This document shows, piece after piece, positions 1-53,900 of a stretch of DNA of 64,000 nt. This stretch comes from Tubulanus polymorphus (lineage: Eukaryota > Animalia > Nemertea), in the NCBI RefSeq assembly GCF_964204645.1, contig NC_134035.1:2542001-2606000 (forward strand), in the 5' to 3' direction. Under the pieces are notes generated by a model, which worked only from the letters and a program-made list of their open reading frames with translations, was not told the origin of the DNA and searched no databases. The stretch's first letter is position 1; each line of letters starts with the position of its first letter. The translations under genes were made by a program, and so were the position numbers.

Positions 1-213
1 AACAATATCCTTCCCCGATTCCCAGATTAAAACACGTGACATTCACTTCAACTACACGTCTGACTAATTTTAACTAAAGCCTGAGGTTTGACCCCGATCC
101 TAGAAGGCTAGTAAACGGGCACTACCGTGTATTGGCAAGAGAAGCACTGATTACAATGTATCTTCGATTGAGATTATGCAGTTATCAATCGGCAGCCTGG
201 GGAACTACCCTTA

Positions 214-452
214 AGCCCAAAGCGCAAGACGCAGGGAAACATGGAAACAGGTAGGGAAACATGTTTCCGAGCGTTTTTCTGTGTCGTATTCATTTCCCAG
301 AAATGAGAAACATGGTTCCAGGAAACGATGTTTCCGACATCGAACATCGTGTACGTCCACAAGAAACATGCTTTCGGGAAACAATGTACCCCCGAGATTG
401 AACACGTTTGATTCAATATTTCCATGTTTCCCTGTGTTGTGTGCGTTGGGCT
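214..452. mobile_element. MITE with about 33-bp imperfect TIRs (PIF/Harbinger-like)
   Basis: AGCCCAAAGCGCAAGACGCAGGGAAACATGGAAA ... TTTCCATGTTTCCCTGTGTTGTGTGCGTTGGGCT; internal palindromic GGAAACATGTTTCC subrepeats; preceded by TTA. Confidence 0.65.
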
Positions 453-1803
453 GCAGACATTCACCTCTGGAGGGATCACTAAGGCGGCGATAATAAATAG
501 TCTAATGTCTGGCGTCCATATGATAATTCATTCGTTAAAACTTAATTCAATTTTAATTAAAAATCTACGACGCACATGAAGCAAATGGAAGAATGGCGAT
601 TAAGCGTCTGAAGGGCGTGGGTACAGGCTGCGTCGATTTCAATTGTTCAAATAGCAAAAAGAAAGTTTTCATCATCAGCAAAACGTAGGATAAGTTTGTC
701 TCGTTAAAAAACCTCTTCTTGCGGAAACAATGTTTCGTACAAATAGAGAAGTTAAATCGTCATCCACCCGATTATTCATGATATCTATTGAAAATTGTCT
801 TTAAAATTACAAAATACTCAGACCACAATGTCAGCAATAACGCGACCGACGATTCGACTTTTCCACTATTTCAACAACAACTTTTTGGTAAAATAAACAT
901 TTCACACATCGCTTTAAACTTCACATTTACAAACAATTTCATTTAGCACATGTCATCGAATTTGAAGATCATATAGATATGGATATAGAGAGAGAGAGAG
1001 AGCAAATGCGGAAAACTCAGCGCGCATGATGTCATCTCGAGGCAAGCCAGTCTACTGTATATAGTATACACATATACATGTATATAGTAGTACATAGTTT
1101 CATCGAATGTACAACAAGACGAATAGAAATGGATTTGATCCATCAAAAATCGTATTCGATTATCTCAACTTTCATTTTCAACGCTGTCACGCTGTTTTAA
1201 GTCGTGAAAAATGGATTAAAAATCTGATTTCAGGTCGGTAAAAATTCCGACCGTCCGCGTATGTTTCTAGTACTTAGACAATAATGGAGTAACTTGATTT
1301 TTGTACGTCTCAAGCCCTCGCACCTGCACGTTTTATGCACAACGCGTATATAAGAAAGTAGAGTCAACTGTACGCAACTTGCACGTGGCAAGAAAAGACC
1401 AGTCTCATAACTAAAGACTACTTTTGGACTCAAGTCACGACTGGACGCCGGTTCGACGAGTCCCACGCGTGTAGACCGACCGAGTCCGATACGCTCCCCG
1501 AAAATTTGCCGACTCGCGCGACGCGACTAACGTGCGTCGCGCGAGACACGATGAAAACACGACTCGAAATGAAGGAAGACAGAAAAAAAATCTATCGCGC
1601 ACAAATTCACGATTTTACATCGAACGCGACGATCGAAGGTTGTAGGGGAACGCGCGCGGGCGGTACTCATAAATTATCAAAGATCGAAAAATTCCACGCA
1701 CAAGAAAATTACCGACAAAATTATGTTCCCGACTTTGAATTGCATTTGAATATCAACAAGTCATGTAATTATACGCGTCTGGTTTTACACAGTAATAGAT
1801 CAG

Positions 1804-1935
1804 AGGCTGCAGTCGCTGAAAAGTTGTTTAGAGTTAACCAGTGGATAGTTAACATAGTAACATTTAAAAGTTCATCGATACTATGGTATTTATCCGCCGG
1901 TTATCTTTAACTAAGTTTTCAGCAACTTCAGCCCC
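1804..1935. mobile_element. Palindromic MITE family A (about 130 bp)
   Basis: GGCTGCAGT(T/C)GCT...AGCAACT(G/T)CAGCCC. Further copies at about 7824-7957, 19392-19518, 48740-48871, 53254-53320 (partial) and 61321-61425 (partial). Confidence 0.75.
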
Positions 1936-4392
1936 TGTTTTTTTGTTTGTAAAACAACTTCTAAGAACTATTTTCAGCAAATTACTTACATATATACCCA
2001 CACATATAATATATCTATATTACCGGTAGTTAATATATCTGAACTATTTACAATTTTTTGACTATTTACACGGTTATTCCAACGTTTGCACGTTCGATAC
2101 TATGATAAATATAACATATTCGTTTATCATTTATTACATTTACAATGTTCTCGATGCGGTAAAACTGTTAAAAATGGCGGCGTACGATAATCTTTACGTA
2201 TGAATTAGAGGTTGTGCAAACGGGCGCCATATCGACCGTCGATCGCGAGCGGCTAACGGAAGTTAGATATATGACACATGGACAAAACCTCAAATCATAA
2301 TCTGAATCTCAAAAATCAGCAAAAACTTAAGTCAAAATTTGAATATTCAAATGACTTGTAGCAGTTGTGGATTAACTCGGGCTTTAAAGTTTAGCCTCAC
2401 AAATGCGAAACTGGAAGTTGGAAAAGCGTTCAAGATGGCTATAAACGATAAACATTTTTTTTCGAATTTCAATTTTTTTAATATCAAATTTCAGTAATTC
2501 TGTAATCCAGCTCCAAAGTTGTACAATTTAGTTTAACAGTTGATGTAAACTTGGGTCCATTTCCGATGTCTTAAGCCAGGAATCAAATTCTAAGCTAGAG
2601 CCACGGAACTGGATCGTAAATTTCACCAGTGTTTCCTGAAGTTTTAACCAATATCCGAGATACAGTTATCAAAATGCCATATTCAATTTTTCCATCTTTC
2701 GCCGAATGATTTTCCGCGAAAATTTCTTAGCAATCATTTACCGTAGCGCGTCATTTTTACTAGTCTTACGAAGACAAAGAAAGATTCGACCTCCCAAAAC
2801 TATAGAACAGACCAAACGAAGTTTCTTCTACCGTTGGGCCAGAGACTTTTTTTTATCAATAACCGCTTCAACGCTGCAAACCTTGCCTTACTCGGGACAA
2901 ACTGGGACCGGTAAAATTGGTCAGAGGATATCGAAATCCGATTTAAAGATAGGAAAGATAAGTAAGGAAATCACAAATTTTGTTTTGTCTGAGACGGTCG
3001 AATGTCCGACTTGGCCGTGTACGAGTAAGGCGAGGTTCACTTTATTGATTAGAAACTAACCCACAACTGTTTGCCTTCTACAGAAGCAAGCAATCTATTT
3101 CACGAAGACAGGATTTTCAACAAACACACAAACCGACCGTGCAAGTTTTCGAAGATATTTCAGTGACCCTAACCCCCCACCCCCCCCACAATTTTCACTC
3201 AGTAACGCGGACTAGCCGATCGGAAAGCAAACTACGAGCTCGTTCCCTCGAATCCCACCAGACCCTTATCAAAGCACTGCTATTAATGCTATTAAAACTA
3301 TCATCGCGCAACGATGAGAACTATCTGCCGATATACAAAGCATTTCAGCGACCAGATCAAAGGCCCTTATAACGCACAGCTACAATGGTTAATACATACA
3401 AGTGATAACTACAATACGATACCGGTACTAAAAGACTACTACGCGCACAAGCGTTTTTCACATTTCAATTTAGAAAAAATAATAATAATATTAATAATAA
3501 TATTACATTTTTACATCAATTACTAACAACACGCGTGCGGTATTAAAAATAGGGACTTTCCGTATATATATTCTAAAATGTACAATATATATATTTATAT
3601 ATATATATATATATATATCGTGTTGTCGCCTTCTTCCAGTAGGAAGAATCCGTAACTGTATACTATTCGACAATGTACATGTACAACGAATTGATAGTAT
3701 ACTATTTTTTACTAATTCGTTCGTTAAGAAAAAACTGAAAAACGATAGAAAAATTGCACATAATTAAATTCACTCTGGTTTTTTCGATTACCGGTTATTT
3801 CATCGTTAAAACAATACAATTCAAGCGAGCAAGAAGTGATGCGATAAGTTTGGCGTCATTTTGGTTTCGTTATTTGCATAGCGGGTAAGGTCGAACGTAC
3901 CGTAGACCCGCTCGTATCGGATCTCGCGGGACCGATATATACTCTCGGGTGAAAGCAAATTATTGGGCGGTCGCAAGCGTAGCGGTTACGTTGTTGCATA
4001 AATTGGAGTTGAAAAGTTAAAACATTTTGACAATCGGGTCTACTTAACTCTTAAAACCTAAACCTAAACCCACATAACATTTGGTTTTATAAAACAGTTT
4101 TATAGAAATTTAACTACACAAATACTACCTTAATCCGGAAAGTATTTTCGAATAGATTTTTTGGAATCGCAATATGATATCCCATACAGACAACCCGATT
4201 ACTCTAATTATAGTAGTTTTCACCAAAAATGACAACTTTAACATCAATATTAGCAGTTTAATAGTTTAATAATGAACTAGAAATCATTCCGATATTGAGC
4301 GAGTTTTGATATTTTTGGGAGCCTTCAAAAAACAGTAGAAACTACTCTCAAATAGTGGTCGTGGTCTGGTCTGCATATCAGATTGCGTATAC

Positions 4393-4571
4393 TAATATTT
4401 GCTTCAACTTTACTTGAGAGGACATCCGGTGGCCTAGCCGAGTCAGTTTTGATGCAGGTCTTAAAAGGACCAGAATGGACCGGCAGTTCAACTAAAATTG
4501 TATTGAAGGATCTCAAAAACTGAGCTAGAGGTCACCTGATGTCCTCTGAAGCGAAGTTAAAATAGACATTA
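4393..4571. mobile_element. Internally deleted copy of the 14.2-kb foldback element
   Basis: Shares ACTTGAGAG..CCGGTGGCCTAGC..AGTCAGTTTT and the AAATAGACATTA end with 14231-14731. Confidence 0.7.
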
Positions 4572-6164
4572 GCACACCGGAATTGTTGAATATAATATTG
4601 TCGAATATAAATTTTGTGAAAATAGTTCCTAAATCGATAAACGTTGAACTCTGTATTGCATACATCGACGTGATATAAAAAAAAACCGATTTCGCAAGGC
4701 TAGGAAAAGCTGTTGAGCGTTTAAAGCGTTTTTACGACGAAACTAATACAAACAAACAAAACGGCAGTGTCATTTTCATCTTCGAGAAACTCGAAGTCGA
4801 ATGCTGCCAACGTTTCATTTTCATACGACGAACAATTATAATAATCTACTACAAATGTCATGGGTAAGAACGGGACGATAAACCATTTAGCGATAAAAGC
4901 ACCAGATAAAAGAGCGGCGATATCGTCGAAGCGCGTTAGGTAACGGTAATAGCGGCTGCGCGGGCGCGGTCACAGTCAGCTACCTTCTTCCACCGCGTCA
5001 ATCTTTTTGCATATCATTTAATAACGAAATTCGAACCGTCATTGACACCAGGGGCGTACGACGATTCGATCGAGAGAGAGAGTTCCGTTCCAGGAGCGCG
5101 TTGAGCAACTCCGCCGTATTTACGCAAATAACGAAAGTTCGCGATGATTTCGAGATACGATCGCCGTGAAACGCCGCAAAAACACACGGAAACGCATTCC
5201 GATCAAGTCGAAGCCATTCCAAGTACGAACTCGAGCAAATATCAGCGACGATATCAGCACAAGAAAGACTATTTCGCGGTGTCAAAGCTTCAAGGTTGTA
5301 ACGGGAGTAAACAACTGTACTGCAGTACATTCTATGAGTAAAGACGATGCCAGAACGACGTAAATTTAACGACATGATTCCGATAGGGAGAGAATGAGTA
5401 GTGCCGGGTAAGTGCGTGATCGTACAAATCAGCAAAACCCGATTCGAATGAAAGTACACGATCTGTAGCTATTAGTATCAACACACATCACCAGAGAAAA
5501 AAATAATATATTTGAACGTGAGAACACGCGCGCGCGCTCGGCCGCGCTTGCACGGTGCTGCCATCTATACACACACTTTCGAATTTGCTACCTTCTACAT
5601 TTACGGTCTAGATATACGCGCGTATATACATACACTTATACATATACATATATAACGAAAGCATTTAAACGCGCCGCGAAAGAATTCAGCTCCGCAACTT
5701 TTTACTTTTTCCTCGACGAGAAAAAGTCATCCGTATTTTCCGAGTGTGTGCGATGAAACGTCGCCAATCCGAGTATTCCATCGAATGTATCCTATGTGCT
5801 TGCGTGCGTATATATATATATATATCTATATATATATATATATCTATCTATATACTTTTCGAAAAACGACAATACACGTGCGTTACGTTATCATCGATAT
5901 AATTATTATTATTATTATTATTATGTTTTATCACAATTTTTTCACCATCTACTGAAAATGAACGACGCGTCTCTCCGGAGACGATGGCGAAGCCTCCTTC
6001 GTTTCTCGAATCCCCCTAATCCTCCTAATTGGTCATGGAGTACGGTCCGTCTGTGACTTGACTCTGCGGGCACGATGCCTCCGTTGGCCGACGCGACGTA
6101 GCGCGATGTATCACAATGTTTCAACGTATTTTGATCGTCTGTTATGGTTGTCTATTTTACGCGT

Positions 6165-47330
<41,166 letters not shown>

Positions 47331-47947
47331 GTCGAAAAAGCTCGATAATCAGAGCTAAACTAATCCAAATCGTTATACTCCGCTGTAGTCGCCATCTTTC
47401 AAGTGTGTCTGCGCAACCGGTCTGCGCACACGGGAAGTGGGCCACACTCGCGTGCCAGGGTCCCTTTCCACTACGTTTAAGACGGTATAGAATGATGATA
47501 GATTAATCTATTCAAACTTTACTACTAGAAGATTATCTCATAATCTTTTTGAAGACTACAACAATAATGAATAAAGTTCATTGATTACAGTCCGATAACG
47601 GATATTACGCTTAACCTAAATTTATCTTTTAATCAGCTATGTTCCATTGCTTTTGTTTTTGCATAAATTAAAGTATCTTAAGTGCTTTTTTAATTTTTTT
47701 CTTTCCAATCTCTTCTTAGGAAAAAAAACGATGATCAATTTCAGTTCATTTGTTAATTCCGATTCCGCATATTACGCTTAACCAAAACGTAAACACAAAA
47801 GTCACATGATTTCTGACGTTCAAGATGGCGGATGACAGGAAACCCAAAAATGATCAAAAATAAAAATGTTTTCACGAGAATTACGGCTTGATTAAATTAG
47901 CATCGGTTCGATTTTGGTTAATCAACGTTTCTTGCGAAGTATTTAAA
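47331..47947. promoter_or_regulatory. Bidirectional promoter and 5'UTRs shared by SBF (-) and TBC1D9 (+)
   Basis: Divergent ATGs with 617 bp between them. YY1-type AAGATGGCG motifs point outward on each strand (47388-47398 minus, 47821-47831 plus). Also GTCACATGAT E/M-box at 47801-47810, TGACGT at about 47814, and a direct repeat ATATTACGCTTAACC at 47602 and 47769. Confidence 0.75.
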
Positions 47948-50900
47948 ATGTGGATAAAACCAGAAGAGGTTTTGTTAGCTAATGCCCTATGGTAAATTAC
48001 CATTTTATTTTCATTCTGGGCCTATGCTCAGCTATGTCCCTCCCACCTCTGACTACTGATAAAAAAGGAGGCAGGTTTTAGGTTGAAATGATTCACCTGA
48101 TTTAGCAAAATAAATTCCGGATAAACAAAATCTGTACCAGCCTTCTCATCAGCCAATGGATCACGCTATTCCCGGGTCGGGTGCACTCTGATTCTTATCT
48201 GGTCAAAACAAATTTGTCAAGAGGAGAATCAGTGGAGACCAATCTTTTTTCATTACCTGCTCTAGAAGGTGGAATAGTCTCTAATTACTGGTTTTTTATA
48301 TCACGATCAATTTGGAAGGAGAAGGAGATTAAACCACTATCAATGACCAACCCTGGTACCTCGTTCTGTTCTTATCATTATACAAGTTACTGGGCAGTGG
48401 GTTCCCGTCAAAAATCTGATCTATTTCATGTCTTGGTATTCTAAGTGCCTTTATATTGTGTTATTCAGGGTGACTGAGCGCGCGAATCCGTTCTTCACTA
48501 TGCAGAGAAGGAAAGGCCATGGTGGAGGAGGTCTGACCGGTTTACTGGTCGGAACTGTAGACGCTATTTTAGACTCTAAGGTATCAGTACTGGGATTATT
48601 CCAGTTCATTTCAAAATCACGCATTTTTTATTTATGACTGAATTTTTATCATTTCTTAATTTTCAGACGCCTCCATATCGCATACTTCATCATACACCGG
48701 GAGCTGAACTGAGTTACGGTATGAACTTTCTTCTCTTCAGGGACGCTGCAGTTGCTCAAAAGCTGGTTAGATTTGACCAGTGGATGGTTGACATAGTGAC
48801 AAATAAAAGTTCATCGTTGCTATGGAATTTATCCGTCGGTTATCTTTAACCAACTTCTGAGCAACTGGCCCTATTTCTGGAGCTGGGGCCAAAACATCGA
48901 AAATGAATCAAATACATGAATTTAGAATATAACCCTATATATACGAATATATATACGAATTTTCTCTATTCACCCGCGGCAGATTCGACGAGGGAATTTT
49001 GTGTTGTAACATGAAAAAATAAGGGAAATCGCGGGGAATTTATAAATGAGCAGAAAGTGCTTTATATATTTCTTACATAAATGATATCACCTTCAGGTAT
49101 TGCCATCGCGTCGAGTAAGAAGGAAATATTCCGTGATTGGGAATGGATTGAACAGTGTCTGATGGAAACTCTGTCGGCGTTCGAGAATAACGACGAAGCT
49201 TCGGAATTCGTCAAGTGTAAAATCGAGAGTCTCATCGCGAATACGACAATCGAAAGTTTCAGCGAAGGTACGGCCCAACCCCCGATATACCGCCCTCCCA
49301 CATACCGCCACCCCGCCTACCGCCAAGTTTTCTCAATGTACATCTCTATACAAATACATAGTAAAACACCCCCAATATACCGCCATACTGTCTATACCGC
49401 CAAAATCATTCTGCACCGATGTGGGCGGTATATCGGGGTTTCACTGTAAATAAGTCTTAAGTCTTTTCTAACGATTATAAACAGTTCATTTATGCAAATG
49501 TTTTCAAGATCATATTCCCTCAACGCGTGGCAGGGAAGTAGAAATTTGAGTCAAAAACATGTGAGAATTAGCAAGAATGTGTGAACTTTTGTTAGTAGAT
49601 AAATCTGACGTGCTTTTGTGCAGAATGTGCTTTCGGTTTTACCTAGGAAGCACGTATGCACATAAATGTGCGTGAACCCTTGATCTGACTCACAGGTCAT
49701 TCGGCCACTAAACGGTATAATACACATTTTAATGCGTTTTAGATGAAGAAACTACTGATATAAAATCGACAGCTTTCAAGTTCAGGAAACTTTTCAACAT
49801 GCCGCCTGAAGAGAAACTCGTCAATCGTAAGTGAAAAAAAATCTAAACCGTGATTTTCTAGAAATAGTTTCAGGTCTGAAATATTGACGCTAAAAACGTG
49901 TGGGTTTCGTAGATTATTCTTGCAGCTATTGGAAGGGGCGTGTACCGAGACAAGGCTGGCTTTATTTGAGCGTCAATCATCTTTGCTTCTATTCGTTTCT
50001 AATGGGAAGGGAGGCGAAGATGATCATTCGTTGGATGGACGTCACAGTAAGTCAAATACAAGATGCAATCGCATTTATCTGATCGTGTCTTGAACTTTTA
50101 ATGCGGAGGCCAGGTACACAGACATGACTTGAAAACAGAAAACTTTGACCACTCAAAGTCATACATATTATCAATAGGTTATAAGTAAGATCACCAGGGG
50201 CTGGTTGCATAGTCACGGCTTAGACTAAGACCAGTCATAAACCATCTTAGTTCAATAGCTGATCTAACAACTTCAGATTTAAGACCACCTCAAGACTTAG
50301 GTCATGACTGTGGAACCGAGCCCAGAATTGTTAATTGATATTTCAAGATAAGAATTAGGCATCAGTATCTCTATTATTTGAGTTTGAATTTTAGATACTT
50401 TAACGAACACACATTGAACATAATCGAATATGGGTATTTTTCTCTATCAGAAACTGGAAAAGGGCAATAATATGCTATTTCCCGACAGTATCAGAGTCAC
50501 AACCAGAGAGGCTGATGTAAGCTAAATTCATTTAACAATGCCCGAAATCTGAAACATGTTCCTTTAGCATTTCATTGAATGAATTCTGTTTCATGTATCT
50601 TTGTATCTTTTAAGCATTATTTCTCGATGTTCGTAAGAAGTTATGAAACATTTCGATTGATGGAGCAACTGGCTAACCTGGCCATGCGACAGTGAGTACG
50701 GTTTTATGATCTGCCAATAAATACCTTTTCACACTTCCTGCACTTGAAAGATTGATTTAGCGGTGCCAGTCAAATATGTGTTCACTCCTGATTTCAGATT
50801 GATTACAGAGGAAACATTTGAGGAGGACAGAACGATAGCATCGAGAACCAAGTATGAACAATACGAATCAGTTAATTCTGATTCTGGGATGAAATATTTG

Positions 50901-53900
50901 GGAACAAACTAATTATAACACTTTGAGTCAAACTAAAGAAATAGCTGCTCTTGAACTGTATCCAGCTATTTTCAGAGCATTTATTATTTTAAGCTTTGAA
51001 ATATGAATTAGGCCCTACACCAATATTCATGCTTTTGGGCGATTATGTTGTGGATTATGATAAGTGTCACTTTTACCTACAAAAGTAGCTAAAAAGTGTT
51101 TACATATTCACAATATAAATTGCTTACTCTTGCCTCAACCTTGCTGCTATGAACCGTGTAAAAAAAAGTATCTGTGTTCAAATTGTAGAAGAAGAACTCG
51201 CAAAGTGTCGACGTTGAAACGTGATTTGGACGCGAGGGCGCGCAGCGAAGCTTATCGTCAGATGTTCAATTTAAGCGTAACGGAAAAGTTAGACGGCGAC
51301 ACTGAGGCGACGATCTGGGCTCCGTACAGCAAACAGTATATTACTGGCCGACTTTATCTGTCCGAGAATTACATCTGTTTCGCGAGTCGGGTATGTAAAA
51401 GTTGTGAAATGAAATGTTCTTTCTCGGGTAGCATTTGCACATATTTCCTGAGTTGAGAATCAGGGACAGTTTTAGTTTAGAAAATAATCTCTTTGTCTAA
51501 TTCACCGACTTGAGACGAGTAACGAGTACTGTAGCTAGATTTTGAATATCTTTTAAAAAGATAATTCAAACATATATATATCTGTACTTCATGAAAATAT
51601 CTTGAATATAATATATATAATATAGAATATAATATAATATATGAAATTGCAGGTTAAAAAACTGGTATTGGTACAAATTCCGATGAGAGAAATTTACGTG
51701 GTCGAGAAAGTGGACAATAACACCGGTGGGGTTAATGGAGCGCTGCTCATTACAACCAAAGGAAAGGTACAGCAACGAATGAAGTTTACATTTTCATGTT
51801 TTCAAACATTTTTCTCGGATGATTATTATTATCTTATGATGCTGATGCGATCTCTACTTGTTTTACAGATGAATTTCCTGTTCGCTCAGCTCACCGATCG
51901 CGAGCTTCTCTTGGAGAAAATATCGGATTTCTTGTCGAAACAGCCGACGCACAGAAAGAGTCGCAGCGAAAGCGGCGCCAGTACGAAGAGCACTGAATCT
52001 GATAACGGTAGGTTTCGTTCTTTAGAAACAAATACCTCCACACCTTTGAGAGTCGAATGGTCGATAAAACTACAAACAGAATCACTAGATCATTAATGAT
52101 GATATCCAGATTAGATTAATATCCGGATTACACTGATCAAAATTAAGCTTGAGTTCGACTATATTAACTTTAACCCGAGTGCTAACTCAAACAGCCCTCG
52201 TATATGAACATTTTTTCCACTCGGTTATAGCCGTATTCAGAGATGTACTCATCATGAACTCTTTTTTTTTACAGATGATCCATTCCAGCCAGCCCTCATC
52301 AAAGTTTTCAATCGACGCGGTTCGGATGAAATTTCTGCCAAAGAATCCGTGAAAGAGCATCTATGGCAAATTCACTTTGCCGAATACGGCAGGTGAGGTT
52401 TCTAGAGGCCAACTGACAACAACTCATCTACCAGAGGTGCACTGAAGATATTTAGAATAAAAATTTTATCGGTTGTTTTATTGTTATTTCAGGGGCGTAT
52501 GCGTCTACCGAACTCATCGTACACACGAGCTCATTCTGAAAGGTATACCTGATACATTACGGGGTGAAATCTGGATGGTTTATTCAGGAGCTATCAATGA
52601 GGTATATTGTTATCTATAACTATCATTAATCAATAAGCTAACATAGTATCAACACAGAGATGTGGTCTTCAGATCAGTTTAAGTACCAGTCACTGGTCTC
52701 TCATCAATCCAGGGTTCATGTGTTTGAATCCTGGTGGTAGCAGTCAGTCAGTCTTTCACTGGTCTCTCATCAATCCAGGGTTCATGTTTTTGAATCTTGG
52801 TGGTAGCAGAGTTTGTTGGTCAAAAGGTACTTTGTCCCTCTTAATCAGGAAAAAGAAATCTCACACCTGCTAATAATGCCCTGAGTGATGCTCTCGGTTG
52901 AGGCAAAAATGAAATCTTGCTTATAATACCCTGAGTAAGAAAAATACCAACACCGCAAATTATTCTCTGCGTTTTTCATAGTCATATCGCAATTGTTTAT
53001 ATTTCACAGATGGCCATGCATTCGAATTACTATGCATCATTGGTCGAGCAGTGTAAAGGAAAGTGTTCACTGGCGACCGACGAGATAGAACGAGACCTAC
53101 ATCGTTCGCTACCCGAGCATCCGGCGTTTCAATCGGAGCTCGGTATCGGAGCTTTACGCCGTGTTCTTACAGCTTACGCATTCCGCAATCCTAATATCGG
53201 TGAGTACTTCTAACAGAAAATCATAACTGAATTTGGATTATCTCCTACAGTGGGAGTCAGTTGCTCGAATGTTAAACAATGGATGACGCAGTTTCATTGT
53301 ATCCACTTCAACTATTTATTTTCAACTATCCCATGCACGGTGGCCACTTTTCTGGGAATCAGGGATTGTTCTTTTCTTTAAAAAGGTCGGGGAACAATCG
53401 AGAGAATTTTGTAAACAAAAAAAGCTGAAAATCAGGGAAATGTCAGGGAAATTTGTTGACATTGCTAGATGTCATGTATAAAATCAAACAGATTTTGTCT
53501 ATGTCTTCCTTATTTAACAGGACTTTCACCCATTATTGCATTCAACATGCAGTACTCATCTCATTAAGGATACAAATACGCCCTGTTCAAGATCTATAGC
53601 CCCAAATTGTGTCCTGGATGCAGTCCTGTATAATATAGTACAGTTATATATCTATATAGTTATATATCTAAAGTACAAGGTGTTATGAAATTGTCTTATA
53701 CATGTTCTTATGGAGACAAGAGCCTTCTCAGTCGCTGCTCCACTTTTGTGGAACAACCTTCATCGCCATGTAAGAGCGGCTTCGAGTATCTCTGTCTTCA
53801 AGAGAAGCCTCAAAACACATTTGTTTTCACCACATTAGATTTATTCAGTAATATAGTGTCATTGATCACTTAAGTGGATTCTGGCACTTAAAATACCATA

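Noticed and set aside
5942-6164. Stop-codon readthrough or alternative C-terminal extension of SBF (60-aa ORF after the stop)
   Set aside because: The TGA-A context is not a readthrough motif and the in-frame extension stops after 17 codons; reaching the other ORF would need a 49-nt intron, shorter than any seen here.
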